A stretch of 63,435 bases of DNA, counting the filler, from Intoshia linei (Eukaryota; Animalia; Orthonectida): assembly GCA_001642005.1 (NCBI GenBank). It is 9 parts of 9 records of this genome, joined end to end, with 100 filler letters (N's around TTAATTAATTAA, not from the genome) between each part and the next. Parts side by side here need not be neighbours in the genome. Positions count along the whole stretch, not along the records: positions 1,979 to 13,475 come from LWCA01001170.1; positions 13,576 to 30,162 come from LWCA01000851.1; 7 more parts are not named here. One strand, given 5' to 3'. The translations under genes were made by a program, and so were the position numbers. How positions within the stretch are numbered: the stretch's first letter is position 1; every line of letters begins with the position of its first letter. A model generated the notes under the pieces. It was not told the DNA's origin. It made no database searches and saw only the letters and a program-made list of their open reading frames with translations. Shown piece after piece: positions 12,213 to 25,732 of this stretch.

Positions 12213-13475
12213 TGTGACAGCTGCACAACACAATAATTTATATATGAGAAATATTTTCACTAACAATAGCACTAGACAACAAAAATGAACACTTTGGTTT
12301 ACTTATGGGGTCTGACCATTTAGTTACAATAGTTACAAGTATATTACATCTCCCGCCTTTTGCTAAATTTTCCACATTGCCCTGCCAAATGGTATATAGA
12401 ACCGCATCGATGACATCTGTTACGCCTATCTTTAATATCGCAATCTATTGATCTTCATCTTGATCTATACGCCTCGACGACATTAATCTATCCGCCAATT
12501 TTATAGGGTCTTGCGCCGTATACCTCAGTTTTTCCGCCACATCTCGAGGTAAACCAAATAGGATTCGTTGCATGCAGAGGTCTTCCAAAATGTCGTTGGA
12601 AAGTTCGGCAAACTATTTAGTAATTGAGTTTTTATCGTCTCAAACGCCTAAAATTAATCGTTATGAACTTAATCATACCTTTCGACAATTTATCCGCCGA
12701 ATCACGCCCCTCCGGGTAAATGTCCTTCGCCAACGTAAATGAATTTTCTTTTATCCCCGCATCGCCTAGGACACCTTCTAATCGTCTTCGAATACGACTG
12801 TCGACATTTCTCATTAACAACTCGTCTTTCTCCTTTTCCGACAACATCCGAATTCTGCCTTCTCTTTCACGCCAGCATCATTACATAAATCCTGGAAATA
12901 TCTGACATCCGCCAACGTCATACCACGCCTCATTTCCATATCCTCCAGACGCATAGTTAGGTCAGCCAATTTTGATTCTAATTCGCTTCTAGAGATATTT
13001 GATTGATTAACCAAAAAATCTTCCTTTTCTGACGACATTTAAATATATTGTAAATAAAATTTCACGTAAATATCAAATTTTATATCGCTCACTCGTTAAA
13101 CTATTATTTAAATGAACTTTTTCGTATAGCTCTATAACTACTAATTTGCTGTTCAAATAATTTCGACAGAGTTCGATGCCCACCAACGCCTTTTTTTTTT
13201 ATTTTTTTCGAATTTGAATCCAAAATTTGATTATGTCGATATGTAAACGTAGCATACGTAGTCGGTCTATATTCAATTTCTTCTGCCTCCTCAATAAGGT
13301 TCAATAAATTATAGCACCTTCGTCGTTCTTCTCGCTCATTGTTGAGACACCACTTGTTTCTGCGAATTCGGCCTGACATTTAGATAATATTTATATCTCG
13401 AAACCTACTCGGAAGTCTACGTAGCCGAGCGCCTTCTCCCGCCAGTTTATCGCATCTTTTACAAATAAATTTTTT
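12213..13475 (-). mobile_element. Putative LTR retroelement derivative: frameshifted gag-like ORF, polypurine tract and short TG...CA LTR (12213..12348)
   Basis: Locally GC-richer and intronless. Helical/coiled-coil ORF pieces about 12400..13038. AAAAGGCGGGAGA is directly followed by TGTAATA...GTCACA. The 5' end is lost in a gap. Confidence 0.5.
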
Positions 13476-14217
13476 NNNNNNNNNNNNNNNNNNNNNNNNN
13501 NNNNNNNNNNNNNNNNNNNTTAATTAATTAANNNNNNNNNNNNNNNNNNNNNNNNNNNNNNNNNNNNNNNNNNNNATTTAATCTAGATTTATTACTAGTC
13601 AAATGAAAATCTGCCCGAGTTATGTGTATATAAATTGATTTAATTTAAACATTTATACACATATATTTCGCTTACAAGTGATTGTCAAGTGAATAATCTT
13701 ATCTGAATTTCAGACTGAATATATAATTGTGTTCATATTTACAAATTAGAAATTAATTTAATAATTATTAAGAAATTTAACACTCAAAAATATTAAATAT
13801 TTTTATAATTTTTCAAAAAATATCGTAGTGTCGCCACTGAAAAAAAAATCTCATTGAGAAACATATATTTTATCAAATGTAAAATGAATGACGCCTTATG
13901 GTGGTTAATCGTTTCAAATGATTTAATAAAATACCTGTAGTTACCAAATAAAAAATAAATACTACAGTGCTGTTTTGACCGTTAAGGTGTCAATTTGTGA
14001 GATTGAAATAGCTGTAGATTAACTGAAAATATAAGTCATAACAAGTGTAGTCTGAATTGGGACATCCTGTTTAATATTAACTGTGACTTTCTTTAATTCT
14101 ATAACTTTTTTCATTTTTAAAAAAAGGCAACATTGTAAACAGTAACACAGGCATACATGTATGTTATACTTATGTGTATGTATAAATAAAGGATAATTAA
14201 AGTTAAAAATAAACAAT

Positions 14218-15904
14218 TTATTTATTAATACATCGGGCAGCTATAGGGTTTGCATGGATTGTAACATTTTTAATAGTAAATGGAGTAATAGGTCTATTCT
14301 TTTCATTTACAGCTTGGTTTTCCATTAAATCTAATGTATTTTGACCGTCAATTAGACTAAATAGATTAATACATTCTCGTTAATGTTGACAATTATGTCC
14401 AAGTGTACACAAAACATACCAGTGTTTAGCGTCGTATCAACTATGAACTATAAATATTGTATAAACCATTATAGGTCCAAAAACCTGACAATTGGACCCA
14501 TAGAAAAAAAAATATAAAATTTTAGAATGACCCAAAATACTAGGTTATGCCAGACTTTAGAAAATGGCTCTATAAATAATGAAAAATGACATTACTAGTA
14601 GGATACACAGGGCCGTGGTGAGAGGCTAGGGTCATATGGCCTTAGCCTACACTCATGAGAGTCTACTTTTTTAATTTATTGATAGGTAATGTTAAAAAAT
14701 TTCTTAAGTATACCAAAATTATTGTATAATAAAATGTTCTATTAACACTATTATTAGGAATTTGGAATTTATTAGCATTGCTACATTTTCCAACTACTGC
14801 ATATGAAGTATATAACACACATAGCTTTAACCATCAAATTTGTTATTTTTAATTTTTAGATAATAAGCGATCGATTAAGCAATGCATGGAGGTCCCATTT
14901 TTAAAAAAAAATTTATAGGGGCCTACAATTTCCATATGACCCTGGCCTACTTCTGGCTGTCCACGGTCCTGAGGGTACATAACCATATACGCCATTAATT
15001 TTCAACTTCATTAAAATAAAATAAATTTTTTCTAACAGTTTTACAAATGAATCGCAACGTGACGTTAAACTAACCTTCAGTAAAACACTACAATTTTTTT
15101 TAAATTGAAATTAGCAAACCACCTCAAAATGTCATACAAGTTTTTCAAGCAAGAAAAATTCCTTTTCTCATAAAATTTTTCAGGGTTTTTTCAAAAAAAC
15201 TAAATAGTACTAATAAATATATTATATGAACTATTATTCAATAAAAATTTTCAAATGGACAGTTTAGAAACGCTGATTTATGCAAATCCACAGAAATTTC
15301 TGGAATAAAGGTTGGATCTAGTAGTTAAAAAGACTGAAAAACACTCTCTACATTGATCTATTTTGAATACACATTACAAATACTGAATGTACTTAAAAAC
15401 GTTAAAAAATCATATAATTAATAAGTATAAATGATATTACTGTCCAAAAACAGTATTTTTTCCATCCAAGTGTGGTTGACTGCCGTAGATAATAAAAAAT
15501 TGAGATCCGTTTTTATTTTCTCCCCTATTAGCCATAGACAATATTCCTCTTTTGTCATGCTAAAAGTAACAAGAAATTTAAAAATAAAAACCTTCAAATC
15601 ATCAACAAATTCATCGTCAAAATAGTCCCCGAAAATGCTCTTACCGCCTTTACCGGTACCTAGTAATAGTTATAATAAAAAATAAACATATTTACCGGTA
15701 GGATCACCAGTCTGAACCATAAAATCTTTAATATTTCTGTGAAAGATACATCCATTGTAAAAATCGGAAGCACAAAGCGCCAAAAAATTGTAACATGTTT
15801 TTGGGACTTGATCACAAAACAATTCAAATTTCAAATCACCCAAATCGGTATGAAACGTTAAAGACTATTTTAAACATATAGAATGTTAGTTTTAGTATTA
15901 CCAT
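14218..15904 (-). CDS. PPIL3: Peptidyl-prolyl cis-trans isomerase-like 3 (cyclophilin), 5 exons
   Basis: M|[56 protein letters not shown]|[11 protein letters not shown]...|[11 protein letters not shown]...NGSQFFI...[12 protein letters not shown]|HLIDG...[11 protein letters not shown]. Confidence 0.95.
14608..14971. mobile_element. hAT-type MITE in PPIL3 intron
   Basis: TIR CAGGGCCGTGG/CCACGGTCCTG and TSD AGGATACA/AGGGTACA. A related copy lies at 18979..20024. Confidence 0.8.
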
Positions 15905-16065
15905 AAATTATATTTCATATATTTATTTTCGCTCACGTTAACAATTTGTATGTAATGTACTAATGTAATTATAAAATTTAATTAAATACAGGTCTTGGTA
16001 CATTTAAATTTCCTAATTGTATCCATTAATATTATTTATTAATTTTATTTTTGTAAAAACAGCAT

Positions 16066-19000
16066 CTAATGTATTGTTAAACGAGTACAATTTAAATAAT
16101 ACAATCTTTGAAAAAATCTGCATTTTTTCTTTTTATTAGCCATTGGAGTATGTGAATTCCCCGACATGCGGTCGTCGCTGGTTGATTGTTTAATATGGTT
16201 ATGTACAGTAGTCTAAAATGTATAAAGTAAAAAAAATTTAATGTAAATAAACATTTTTAGGTGTGGATTTATCTTCTGTATTTATAGTTATTAGAGATTC
16301 TGACTTGTCGATGGTCTAAATTTATTTTACAATAAATAAATATTAAATGTATATTAAATAGTTCATCCAGTACCGAACCTAGCAAACAGATCCTCTTCGG
16401 TAGCTTGGATTGAATTTTTTGAAATTGGGGTCTCATTTTTCAAAATTGAGCATTAAAAAAAACTATCTTCAAAATCAACTACAAATTGTTTTGTATTAAA
16501 TATAAAATGTCAAATTAAGAGCCTTGAAGAGGTGTCTATGGCTATGACACTGCATTAATTTTTTATTTTAAATGTTTTTAAGTATGATCAGTGATCACTG
16601 AACATTGTTCAGCTCTGATTCCACCGTAACATTTAATTGAAAACTCAGCTAAGATATTATACATATTCATAAATGATCTAATTAAATTTTTAATTAATCT
16701 GATACGGTATTTCGCACTCCTTTCCTATATATATATATCAAACCGATTTTTTGACCCAATCATAATTCCAATCACATTCTTCATTTCTGGATTTCATGAG
16801 ATCCATAAACATAGACTTGAGATAACTATATTTGGGAGCCTCAGTAAATTTCAAATTTCTAACGTAGGTAATATAGTTTGCAAAGGTAGCTAATATATTA
16901 GTTAATTCAAATAAAAGCAACAATACGTGGAAAATCTAAACAGAGAACTTCGATTGGAGTATTTTTTTTCACGTCTCCAATTTTTCTATATCTTTCTTTA
17001 GGTGTGTCAGCTTTGAGCCCTTGCCAAGGTAAAGACCGCCGCAAAAAATACATAAACATATGTCCAATTGCTTCAAGGTCATCTCTGCGACTTTGTTCTA
17101 TTGATAAATTTTTAAAAAAAATTCATAGATTTTATTACCTTGACCAAAATGAGTGTTTATGCTCATATACCGCGCGGTTCCGGTTAAACGTTTATTTTCA
17201 CTGTATGGAATATGTTTATTGGTTGAGCTGTCGATGTAGTCTTTTCCAAGACCAAAATCAATTAAATATATAATGTTTTTAGTGTTGTTAAAGCTTCGTC
17301 CAATTAAGAAATTGTCTGGTTTTATATCCCTACAGAAAGATTACCATAATTTTAAATTCTTAATACCGATAAACAATTCCCTTTGAATGTACATATTCTA
17401 TCCTTTCCAACTAATAAACAATTTAAATGAGGCAAAAACAAAATATTACAACTTGCAAAGCAATCATGCAAACAGTTTTTATAGAAAATCGTCGATTACA
17501 ATCATTAAATAAATTTTCTAAACTAGGTCCAAGTAAATCCAATACGATTGCCTTGTATTTATCGCTAACATCAAAAAAGTGCACCGATGAAAATCCCACT
17601 AAAATGGCAATAAAGACAATTAAAATATATTTTTGTTATTTATAGGGATTGTGGCCACTTTTCAGTACTGTTATACATGTGGTCTTAAACTGGACCTCTA
17701 ATCATAGTAAATTAAATAAATAATTAATAAAATTTTTATTACTAAAATTTACAATTCCATATATAATTCTAATACATTAAAAAAATATAGATTTTACGTT
17801 TTTTGCCATTCATTTCCAAAATAACAATATACCCTTTCAAATTTTTAGTATAATTGTTATAACGTTATAACCAACTTTCTCATAAAATTTGAATCTATTT
17901 TGAAATCCATATTTACAATTAACGTTTTTATGCCATTACTTAATGAAATAATTAAAACATTTTTATATTTTTAAAAATAGTATATTCTGACAGCGCCGAT
18001 GTATATTTGACAGTAAATATATTAATATTTTAATTTGGCAAATAAACGTAAAAGATAAATACATTTTTTTATACAATATATAAATTTGGTCGTCATGCTT
18101 TCAAAACCCTCAAAGTTTTTAGGGAAATTCTTAAAATATCAATTTTCTGGTTTTTTTAATGTATAGATTGTAAAAATGAAAAAAGGTCATTAATTAGGTT
18201 ACTAATTTTATAAAAATCTGTCGTTTTTACATAGAATTGCTCATTATTCATTTTTAAAATATTAATTTTTGGTCAAATGGGATTTTTTAGTAAAATACTA
18301 GTACAAGCGGTTTTTTCCTTAAGGGTTTGTAAATTTAAGTTTTTTCTTTTGGGATCAGATAGAGAGATTTTTTTAAAATTTAAAAAAACCTAATTTCTAA
18401 TACAGTTTTCCTAAAGCGTGTTTTTATCTATTTTTCAGTTTCAGAATTTGAGTCCTTTATGGTCAAAAACCCAATTTTCCTTTTGTTTAAAAAATTCAAC
18501 TTAAAAATTTAATAAAACATACATTCTGGGACGCGTTTTAAAATTATTAACATTAACCTCAGCCCCAGAAACGCATGCCTTCATATAAAAAACCCCAAAT
18601 TACCCCGTTTAAAAAATGAAACATGTCATAAAATTTTATAAAACATAAATTATGAGGTAATTTTTAAAATCATCAGTATTATCATAAATGGCAAACACAA
18701 AACAGATAATTTTCACGATCAAAACCACAGATTACCTTTTTTAAATGAAAAAAGCACCTATAATAAAAAAAATTACACTCTTTTCCGATTTTATTATAAA
18801 TTTTATTTTCAATTTGTAATTGCGGCGTCTGACTACTCACAGGCTCCTATAAAATATAATAATTACTGTATTCTATCTAGTTCAGCGATGTACAAGTCGC
18901 CGAAATAGAATAATGATTTACTATAGAAACAATATAATAACGTTCATTTTTATTATAAAGTTTGTTATGACTTGGTCCCATGGCTGTAGAGTGGGCTAGG

Positions 19001-20988
19001 GACCATATGCCCCAGTCTTCAATCATGAAGTCCTACTTTTTAAATTTATTAATAGATATTAGTGATTGTGATTTTCCGGGAAATGACAAAAGTCGAAAAA
19101 CGGGAAAATAAAAATTAAATTTCCCGGGAAAAATAAAAAAATTTTATTCATATATAATATAGAAGCATTAAAAATTTTAGAGGCATTAATTAATTTTAGA
19201 AACAAAAAGAAATTTAATTAATGAAATAACACGAATCTAGATTGAAAGTTACAAATTTAATTAGAAAAAAATTTATTTATTTTTGATTGTTGAAAAAGTG
19301 TTTTAAAACACACATAATATTGATAGATTCGTCTTTTAAACGCGTTCTGCGTTTTTCGTTTTGTAACGAAATTAGAAGCAGTAGAGAAATTTCTTTCATT
19401 TTGTGTTGACGTTTGTTAAACGGTCATAAGAGCTTCCTTTAATTTTAACATCTTAATGATAGCGTTCCAGTTCGTAACAACTCATAATATTTTTCAAAAT
19501 AATATTGGAAAAAGAGGATAATTCCCTTATGCGTTAGTAATTTGTGGTTGGAATAAAATGTTTTTAAAAAAAGTATTGAAAAAAAGATATTTTTCCATTA
19601 AAGGCTTGAAAATAAGATTTTTTATTTGTGGTTTGATGAAGTGGATTTTTTTCATAAGATTTCGTAACATCGGATTTTTGAAATGGTAAATTTTAAATAT
19701 TATAATAGTTGGTATATAATAATATAATATAATCATATCTTCATAGTAATAACAAACATAAATCAAATACATGTATGTCTCACTTTTTTTCGGGAAATCC
19801 CGGGAATTTTGTTCCGGTTTTTTTCCCGGAACAATCACTAATAGGTATCGTTATAAAATTTTTTAAGTATACCAAAATTATCGAATAATAAAATGTTGTA
19901 TGCGATTTTCAACGATTTTTTTAATTTTTAGATAATGAACGATCGATTAAGCAATATATAGAAGTCCTATTTTATAAAAAAAATGTTGTAGGGTCTACAA
20001 TTTCCATGACTCTCCACGGTCATGATTGGTCTCTAATTAATAAATTTCACTGTTGATAAAACTACGAGAAAACGAAACATTTTGTTAAACGGATATTCAT
20101 ATACGTACCAGAGTTGTCCAGCTAAATACAAAATAATTTTAAAAACCCCCCCTGAAAGTTTGGTCAAACAAAATCTTAAAAACTCTTTAAAATTTTGGTT
20201 ATAAAAATTAACGTATATAAAATAATTTTAACAAAATCGACCATTTACAACAAAAAAACTTTACAAATTGACGTACATGTATTACAAATTTTACATTTTT
20301 TACAAAAATGATGGAAATGTAGAAATGACGGGGTCACAGAGTGACCTATTATTAAATTAATCAAAATCATAACATGATACTTTGTTTAGTTAATAATAAA
20401 ATTGTAATCTACAATCATGTAATTAAAAATAATAGATTAACTAAAATGTAGTCATTTAGACTCTAAATGTATAAAAAACTTGAAACAATCGATGAAAATA
20501 GTGACAAGCCTTAAAATGATCTAATTAGTGATGATTACTAATCACACCAATAATTAAAAATAAAAGTAATAAATTATTTATGGCATGTATATCATTTTAT
20601 TTAATCTATATATAAAAGTCAATAAAATACCATTTTTATAGCAACATATTCTCCATTGTTAATATTTTTAGCTAAATGTGTAAATAGAAATAAAACAAAA
20701 CAAATTACCAATATAAACTTCACCAAAGTTGCCTTTACCAATGCTTTTACCACGTTTGTAACAATCAATCATGGACGGAAGATAATGGGTGCTAGAATTT
20801 TGATTCGAAAATCTTTTCCTTTCAGTCCGTCGTTTATAATTTTCATTAGTGAAAGCGTGAGGTGCATCCTGAATATAAACTTTAACATTATCGTGCCTTT
20901 TGTCAAAATATTTAGTGTTTTTCATGTTGTATTTTTCCAATATTAAACAATATTCACAAATGAAATAATCTATAAATTTAACTATCAT
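16066..20988 (-). CDS. CSNK1G: Casein kinase I gamma (gilgamesh-like), multi-exon; alternative start at 20925
   Basis: [16 protein letters not shown]|[52 protein letters not shown] and [32 protein letters not shown] (gamma-type). C-terminal exons are less certain. Confidence 0.93.
18979..20024. mobile_element. hAT MITE (family of 14608..14971) with a nested hAT deletion derivative at 19060..19840
   Basis: Inner TIR TAGTGATTGT/ACAATCACTA with TSD ATAGATAT/ATAGGTAT. Minus-strand remnant [13 protein letters not shown]...RTRLKDESI is hAT C-terminal. Confidence 0.8.
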
Positions 20989-21916
20989 TTTAAAGCGCGA
21001 AGTATAAAATTACTTGTTTATAAATCATGGTATAGCATCAGTAAATGCAATTAATCAGTTTTCATTAATATTCTAAAAATTCATGTAAATTTCATTACGG
21101 ACAATTTTGAAAAAGCGACATAGTTATTTCATGTCATGTCATACATAGTTTTGGCAAGTAGCTTTTAAAAATTTTGGAAATTGAAATTGAAATGTAAATT
21201 TAGCAATATCCTAATACATTTGAACAGTTTGTTGATTGAGAAAAGTGATCATGTAATTTAAAATTTGACATTCATACAAGATAAATTGGAGTAAAATAGG
21301 TCAGCGTATATTACTTCACTTTTGTATTTATCAATCAATATTTATAATTATTAATTCAATTAAATTACCTTTATATTCAAATTTATTTCTGTATAGTTTG
21401 CATCAAACGTAATCACAATATGGAAATAAAGTTTGAATTGTCTCTACAAAAATAATGTTTCGTTTCCGAGTTTTTAGTGTCATTAGATACTAAAGTTTCA
21501 TAATTAACACGATTAATTGCCTGGTATCCAGACTCTGGAATATTATCCACGAATAAATTTATCACGGTAAAAATTTGTCGGATTTGAGAGAATAGTAATA
21601 CTGTAATATACGAATAAAATTAGCAAATATAATACCGATATTAGTGTTTTATTTGGGATCAAAATTTTAGATAGTGCGTGACGTGGTTATAAAGTTATGA
21701 AAAAAATTTGATAATCGAAATCCATTTTTAAAGAAAATCATGCGGAATCATAAATACTTTTTTATTGTGTTTTATATTTTATACCCGCGAAAATATTAAT
21801 CTGCATATATTATTTTTTTTGCAAATTTTGGACTCAAAATTAATGAAAAACTGTTGAACAGAGTAGTAAAGTAAAAATTTAAACAAACAAATAATATTGT
21901 AGTAGATTATTTCAAT

Positions 21917-22079
21917 CAATAAATCCGTATGTTGGAAAGTACTCGCCGTTTTCTAGTTTGAGTATCACTGATAGAGTATTTTAATCTTTCTAGCCTTATT
22001 TCTACAGCATAATTTACATGGCTATCTGTATTAGGGCCTGCAACGGTACTAAGTTCGTGTTCTGAACGTCTTGCAGAAC
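21917..22079 (-). CDS. Possible terminal exon of an unidentified gene
   Basis: Acceptor ttttag, then open frame SARRSEHELSTVAGPNTDSHVNYAVEIRLERLKYSISDTQTRKRRVLSNIRIY*. A donor-like site lies near 22112. Confidence 0.3.
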
Positions 22080-22662
22080 TAAAAGAAAACAAAAAATTTT
22101 ACAATATTTACTGACGGGCATAAACGGCCGAGTTAATAAACAATTTACTAATTATACAATTTAAATTTTTAATGTATGTGTAATGGTTAATGTATACAGC
22201 AAATGAGAACAGTATTGGTGATGATGTACAGATTATATGTATTATGTCAATTCCCAGAAGAGTGGATCTATTCAAACTTTAAAAATCCATAATTCACGGC
22301 TTGAGGGCACTCTAGGTGTTACTTAATCAATGTATACATTCCGTGGACTAAATTTTTGATTATTGCACCCCATTTTAGATATTGCAATATTACATTTCGT
22401 TTTCATTTATTGTATTTATTTTTGTGATACGATAATTATTAACATTATAATGTATATGAAATTAATGTACACGTATAACTGATGTCATTACGTTTATAGT
22501 TCGACATAATGTACTTTAATTACTTGATACAACGTAATCTATTTTATACTAGCTTGACTGTTATGTACTTCGTACAAACAGCATCCTAACTCTGCCGAGA
22601 GCGAACTTTTTGAATTCTACCAAAAAAATTAATCCTTACTTATAGATAAAGTATAACGTATA

Positions 22663-22801
22663 CTGTACTTTTCGGAATGTAAGCAGCACCCTGTATAAAA
22701 AACAATTTACAACACAAAATTCATATATAAGGCGCATTGGCGTATAAGGGGCGAGAAATTTTTTATGTAAAAGGGTGCGCCTTATACTCCAAAAAATACG
22801 G
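22663..22801. mobile_element. Short Tc2/pogo-type MITE
   Basis: TA-CTGTACTTTTCGGAATGTAAG ... CTTATACTCCAAAAAATACGG-TA. Confidence 0.6.
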
Positions 22802-22899
22802 TACTTATCTATAAAGTAAAATGGTATAAATGTATGTTTGTTTATTTATTTGTTCCAGTTTATTTAAGAAAGTAAATGGAGTCAAGTTTTACAAATTCT

Positions 22900-25155
22900 A
22901 TATTCTTATAACCGTTTTTACGGGGTGTTGTTTTATCGAAAATTTTAATTTTAGAAAATGAGTCCTTCAAGGATAAAAACCCCAATTGTCCTTTGTTTTT
23001 AAATTCAAACCACCCTAGAATTATAAAAATTACACATTCTAATGAAAAGTTTTAAATTCATCAATATTATTAGATAATTTTCAATTTCAAAATCTTATAT
23101 CTTCACGGCCAAAACCACAAATTACTCTTTTATGTAAAAATTAATAAAGTTTTATAATTTTATACAACATCAATTCGGGAATAGTTTTTAAATTCATAAG
23201 CATTATCATAAATTGTAACCATAAAAAAGGTGATTTTCACTGTTAAAAACCCAGATTACCTTTTTTTAAAAATGATAACATCCCTAGAATTTTAAAAAAA
23301 ATTACAGATGATACAGTTATATCCAGTTAGCACACACAAAAATTTTTAATCTGATTAAGTGACGTTGTCATTGTCAAAAAAACACTTTAATATTTATTTT
23401 TTTGTTATTTCCAAACTATTTTAAATAATTAACGGTCGCACAATTAAAAAAAAGATTATTCTGATAGAACTTATTCCATTTGATATAAATACAAAATTTT
23501 AACCCAGAAATCTACGCATTCCCGGTTAAAAATAATTTTTAATATATTATCAACCAATATTTTTAAAATGTTTGATTAAAATTAAAATTAAAAAAACCCA
23601 AAGGAATGCATTATATAGATTTTCACTCATATTTCTTTATTGAAATGTGTAAACGGACAATGCACATTTTTTTTTGAAATTGTAGAATCAATATTTACAT
23701 TTACAATTTTTATAATTGTAATTGTAATTGTAATTCGAAATATTTGAAAAATATTGGTTAATAATATATTAAAAATTATTTTTAACCGGGAATGCGTAGA
23801 TTTCTGGGTTAAAATTTTGTATTTATATCAAATGGAATAAGTTCTATCAGAATAATCTTTTTTTTAATTGTGCGACCGTTAATTATTTAAAATAGTTTGG
23901 AAATAACAAAAAAATAAATATTAAAGTGTTTTTTTGATCGTGAAGTCATCACTTATTCGGATTGAAATTTTTTGTGTGTATTAACAGGATACAACTGTAC
24001 CACCTGTAATTTTTTTAAATTCTAGGGCTGTATTCAAAAAAAAGGAAGGGGAATTTGTGGTTTTGGCCCTGAAGATATAATTTTTTTAAATTTAAATTTA
24101 TGATAATATTTATGATTTTAAAATTTGTATCAGCTTATATATTTTTTTTAAATTCTCCAACTTGTTTAATTTGTAAAAAAAAGAACAATTGGGGTTTTTG
24201 ACCCATGAGATGTGAGTTTAAGAGATTGAAATTTATCTTATTATATGTTCCGAAAAAAACTGTAATTGAAATATGGACTTTATAAAATTCTAAGAGTGGT
24301 AGTTATTTCAATAAAGTAGAACACACACACAAAGAAATATTGCGTAGCATATTATATAAGTGAGGATAAGCTAAAGAAATACATTTGTATTTCAAAAATA
24401 TTGGTTGATAATATATTAAAAATTATTTTTCACCGGGAATGCGTAAATTTCTGGGGTTAAAATTTTGTATTTATATCAACTGGAATAAGATGTATCAGAA
24501 TAATAAGTTTTTTTAATGGTAGGACCATTAATTATTTCATTTTTTTGAAATAAAATAGCTTCAAAGTAAAACAATATAAATACTAAAGTGCTTTTAAAAA
24601 GTGTCACTTAATCAAATTGAAATTTTTTGTGTGTGCTAACAGGATACAACTGTAACATCTGTGATTTTTTTTAAAATTATAGGGCTGTTTTCATTTAAAA
24701 AAAAAGGGTAATATGGGTTTTGATCGTGAAAATTATCTTTTATCAGTTTACCGTTTATGACAATGCTTATGATTTTAAAACTACCCCATAATTTATGTTT
24801 TATAATATTTTAGGACATGTTTGATTTTTAAAACAAAGGGTAATTTGGGATTTTGACCATGCAGGTATGCGTTTCTCAGGCTGAGATTTACGACAATGTT
24901 AATAATTTTAAACCGCGTCCCAGAATGTATGTTTTATAACATTTTTGTGCTGATTTTTTTTAAATAAAAGGGCAAATTGGATTTTTACCGTGAAAGACTG
25001 AAATTCGGAAACTAAAAAATGGATAAAACACGCCCTGGAAAAAACTCTATTACAAGTTGGGGTTTTGTAAATTCTACGACTGTCAATTTTTTAAATAAAT
25101 GGTAACATACAGAAACACAGACACACACAGACAATCAATTTTATATAAGTAAAGG
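22900..25155. repeat. Cluster of three copies (+,-,-) of the abundant Helitron-like repeat, forming a long inverted repeat
   Basis: Shared blocks (AAAACCCCAATTGTCCTTT, AAAACCACAAATTAC, GAAATCTACGCATTCCCGG). Arms 23374..23563 and 23749..23937 are near-perfect reverse complements. Confidence 0.85.
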
Positions 25156-25732
25156 ACAAGAGTGATTCCTTAAACTATCTAAAGATCTAGATTGCATGTT
25201 ATGTCGTTTGTACATTAGGGTGTCCACTTTTTTTATTAGGAAGACGTTTTGCACGTGGATTTCTTTTTTGATTTTAATAATTTATCCAAATATAAAAGAA
25301 TTCCAATACCAATAATTGGAATTTGGAATGTATATGTTTGTAATTTTCAAATAAATTTACTTATATTTACATGTTAGTACATTTACCAGTTAATTAAAAC
25401 TAAATAGCATTTGATTTGAGTCTTAATCTGTTATCGCACGAAATAAACTGTAAACTAGATTAGATCATCCATACATTTCAAATGCACAAAACGATGTGCA
25501 TTTTCATTATCTCTCTACGATTTGATTAATATTCTATGTGATCTAATGAGATAATAGGGATTATAGTTTTAACTAATCTATCAATTTATAAAACGGCCAA
25601 ATTAGTCTCCAAGTAATTAATGCATATTAAATAATTTAATTCAATTTCAAATGTATTAATGCACATATCAATTTATATCAACAATTTGTGTAAATTTAAA
25701 AATTTATGAAAATTTTTAAATTCTTAAATTAA

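Noticed and set aside
14420-14447. 28-nt AG..GT segment as an extra PPIL3 exon
   Set aside because: PPIL3 is complete and in frame without it, and including it would cause a frameshift.
17870-17935. Divergent alpha-C exon implying a CK1 pseudokinase
   Set aside because: The canonical exon [17 protein letters not shown] is present at about 18777..18846, so the kinase looks intact.
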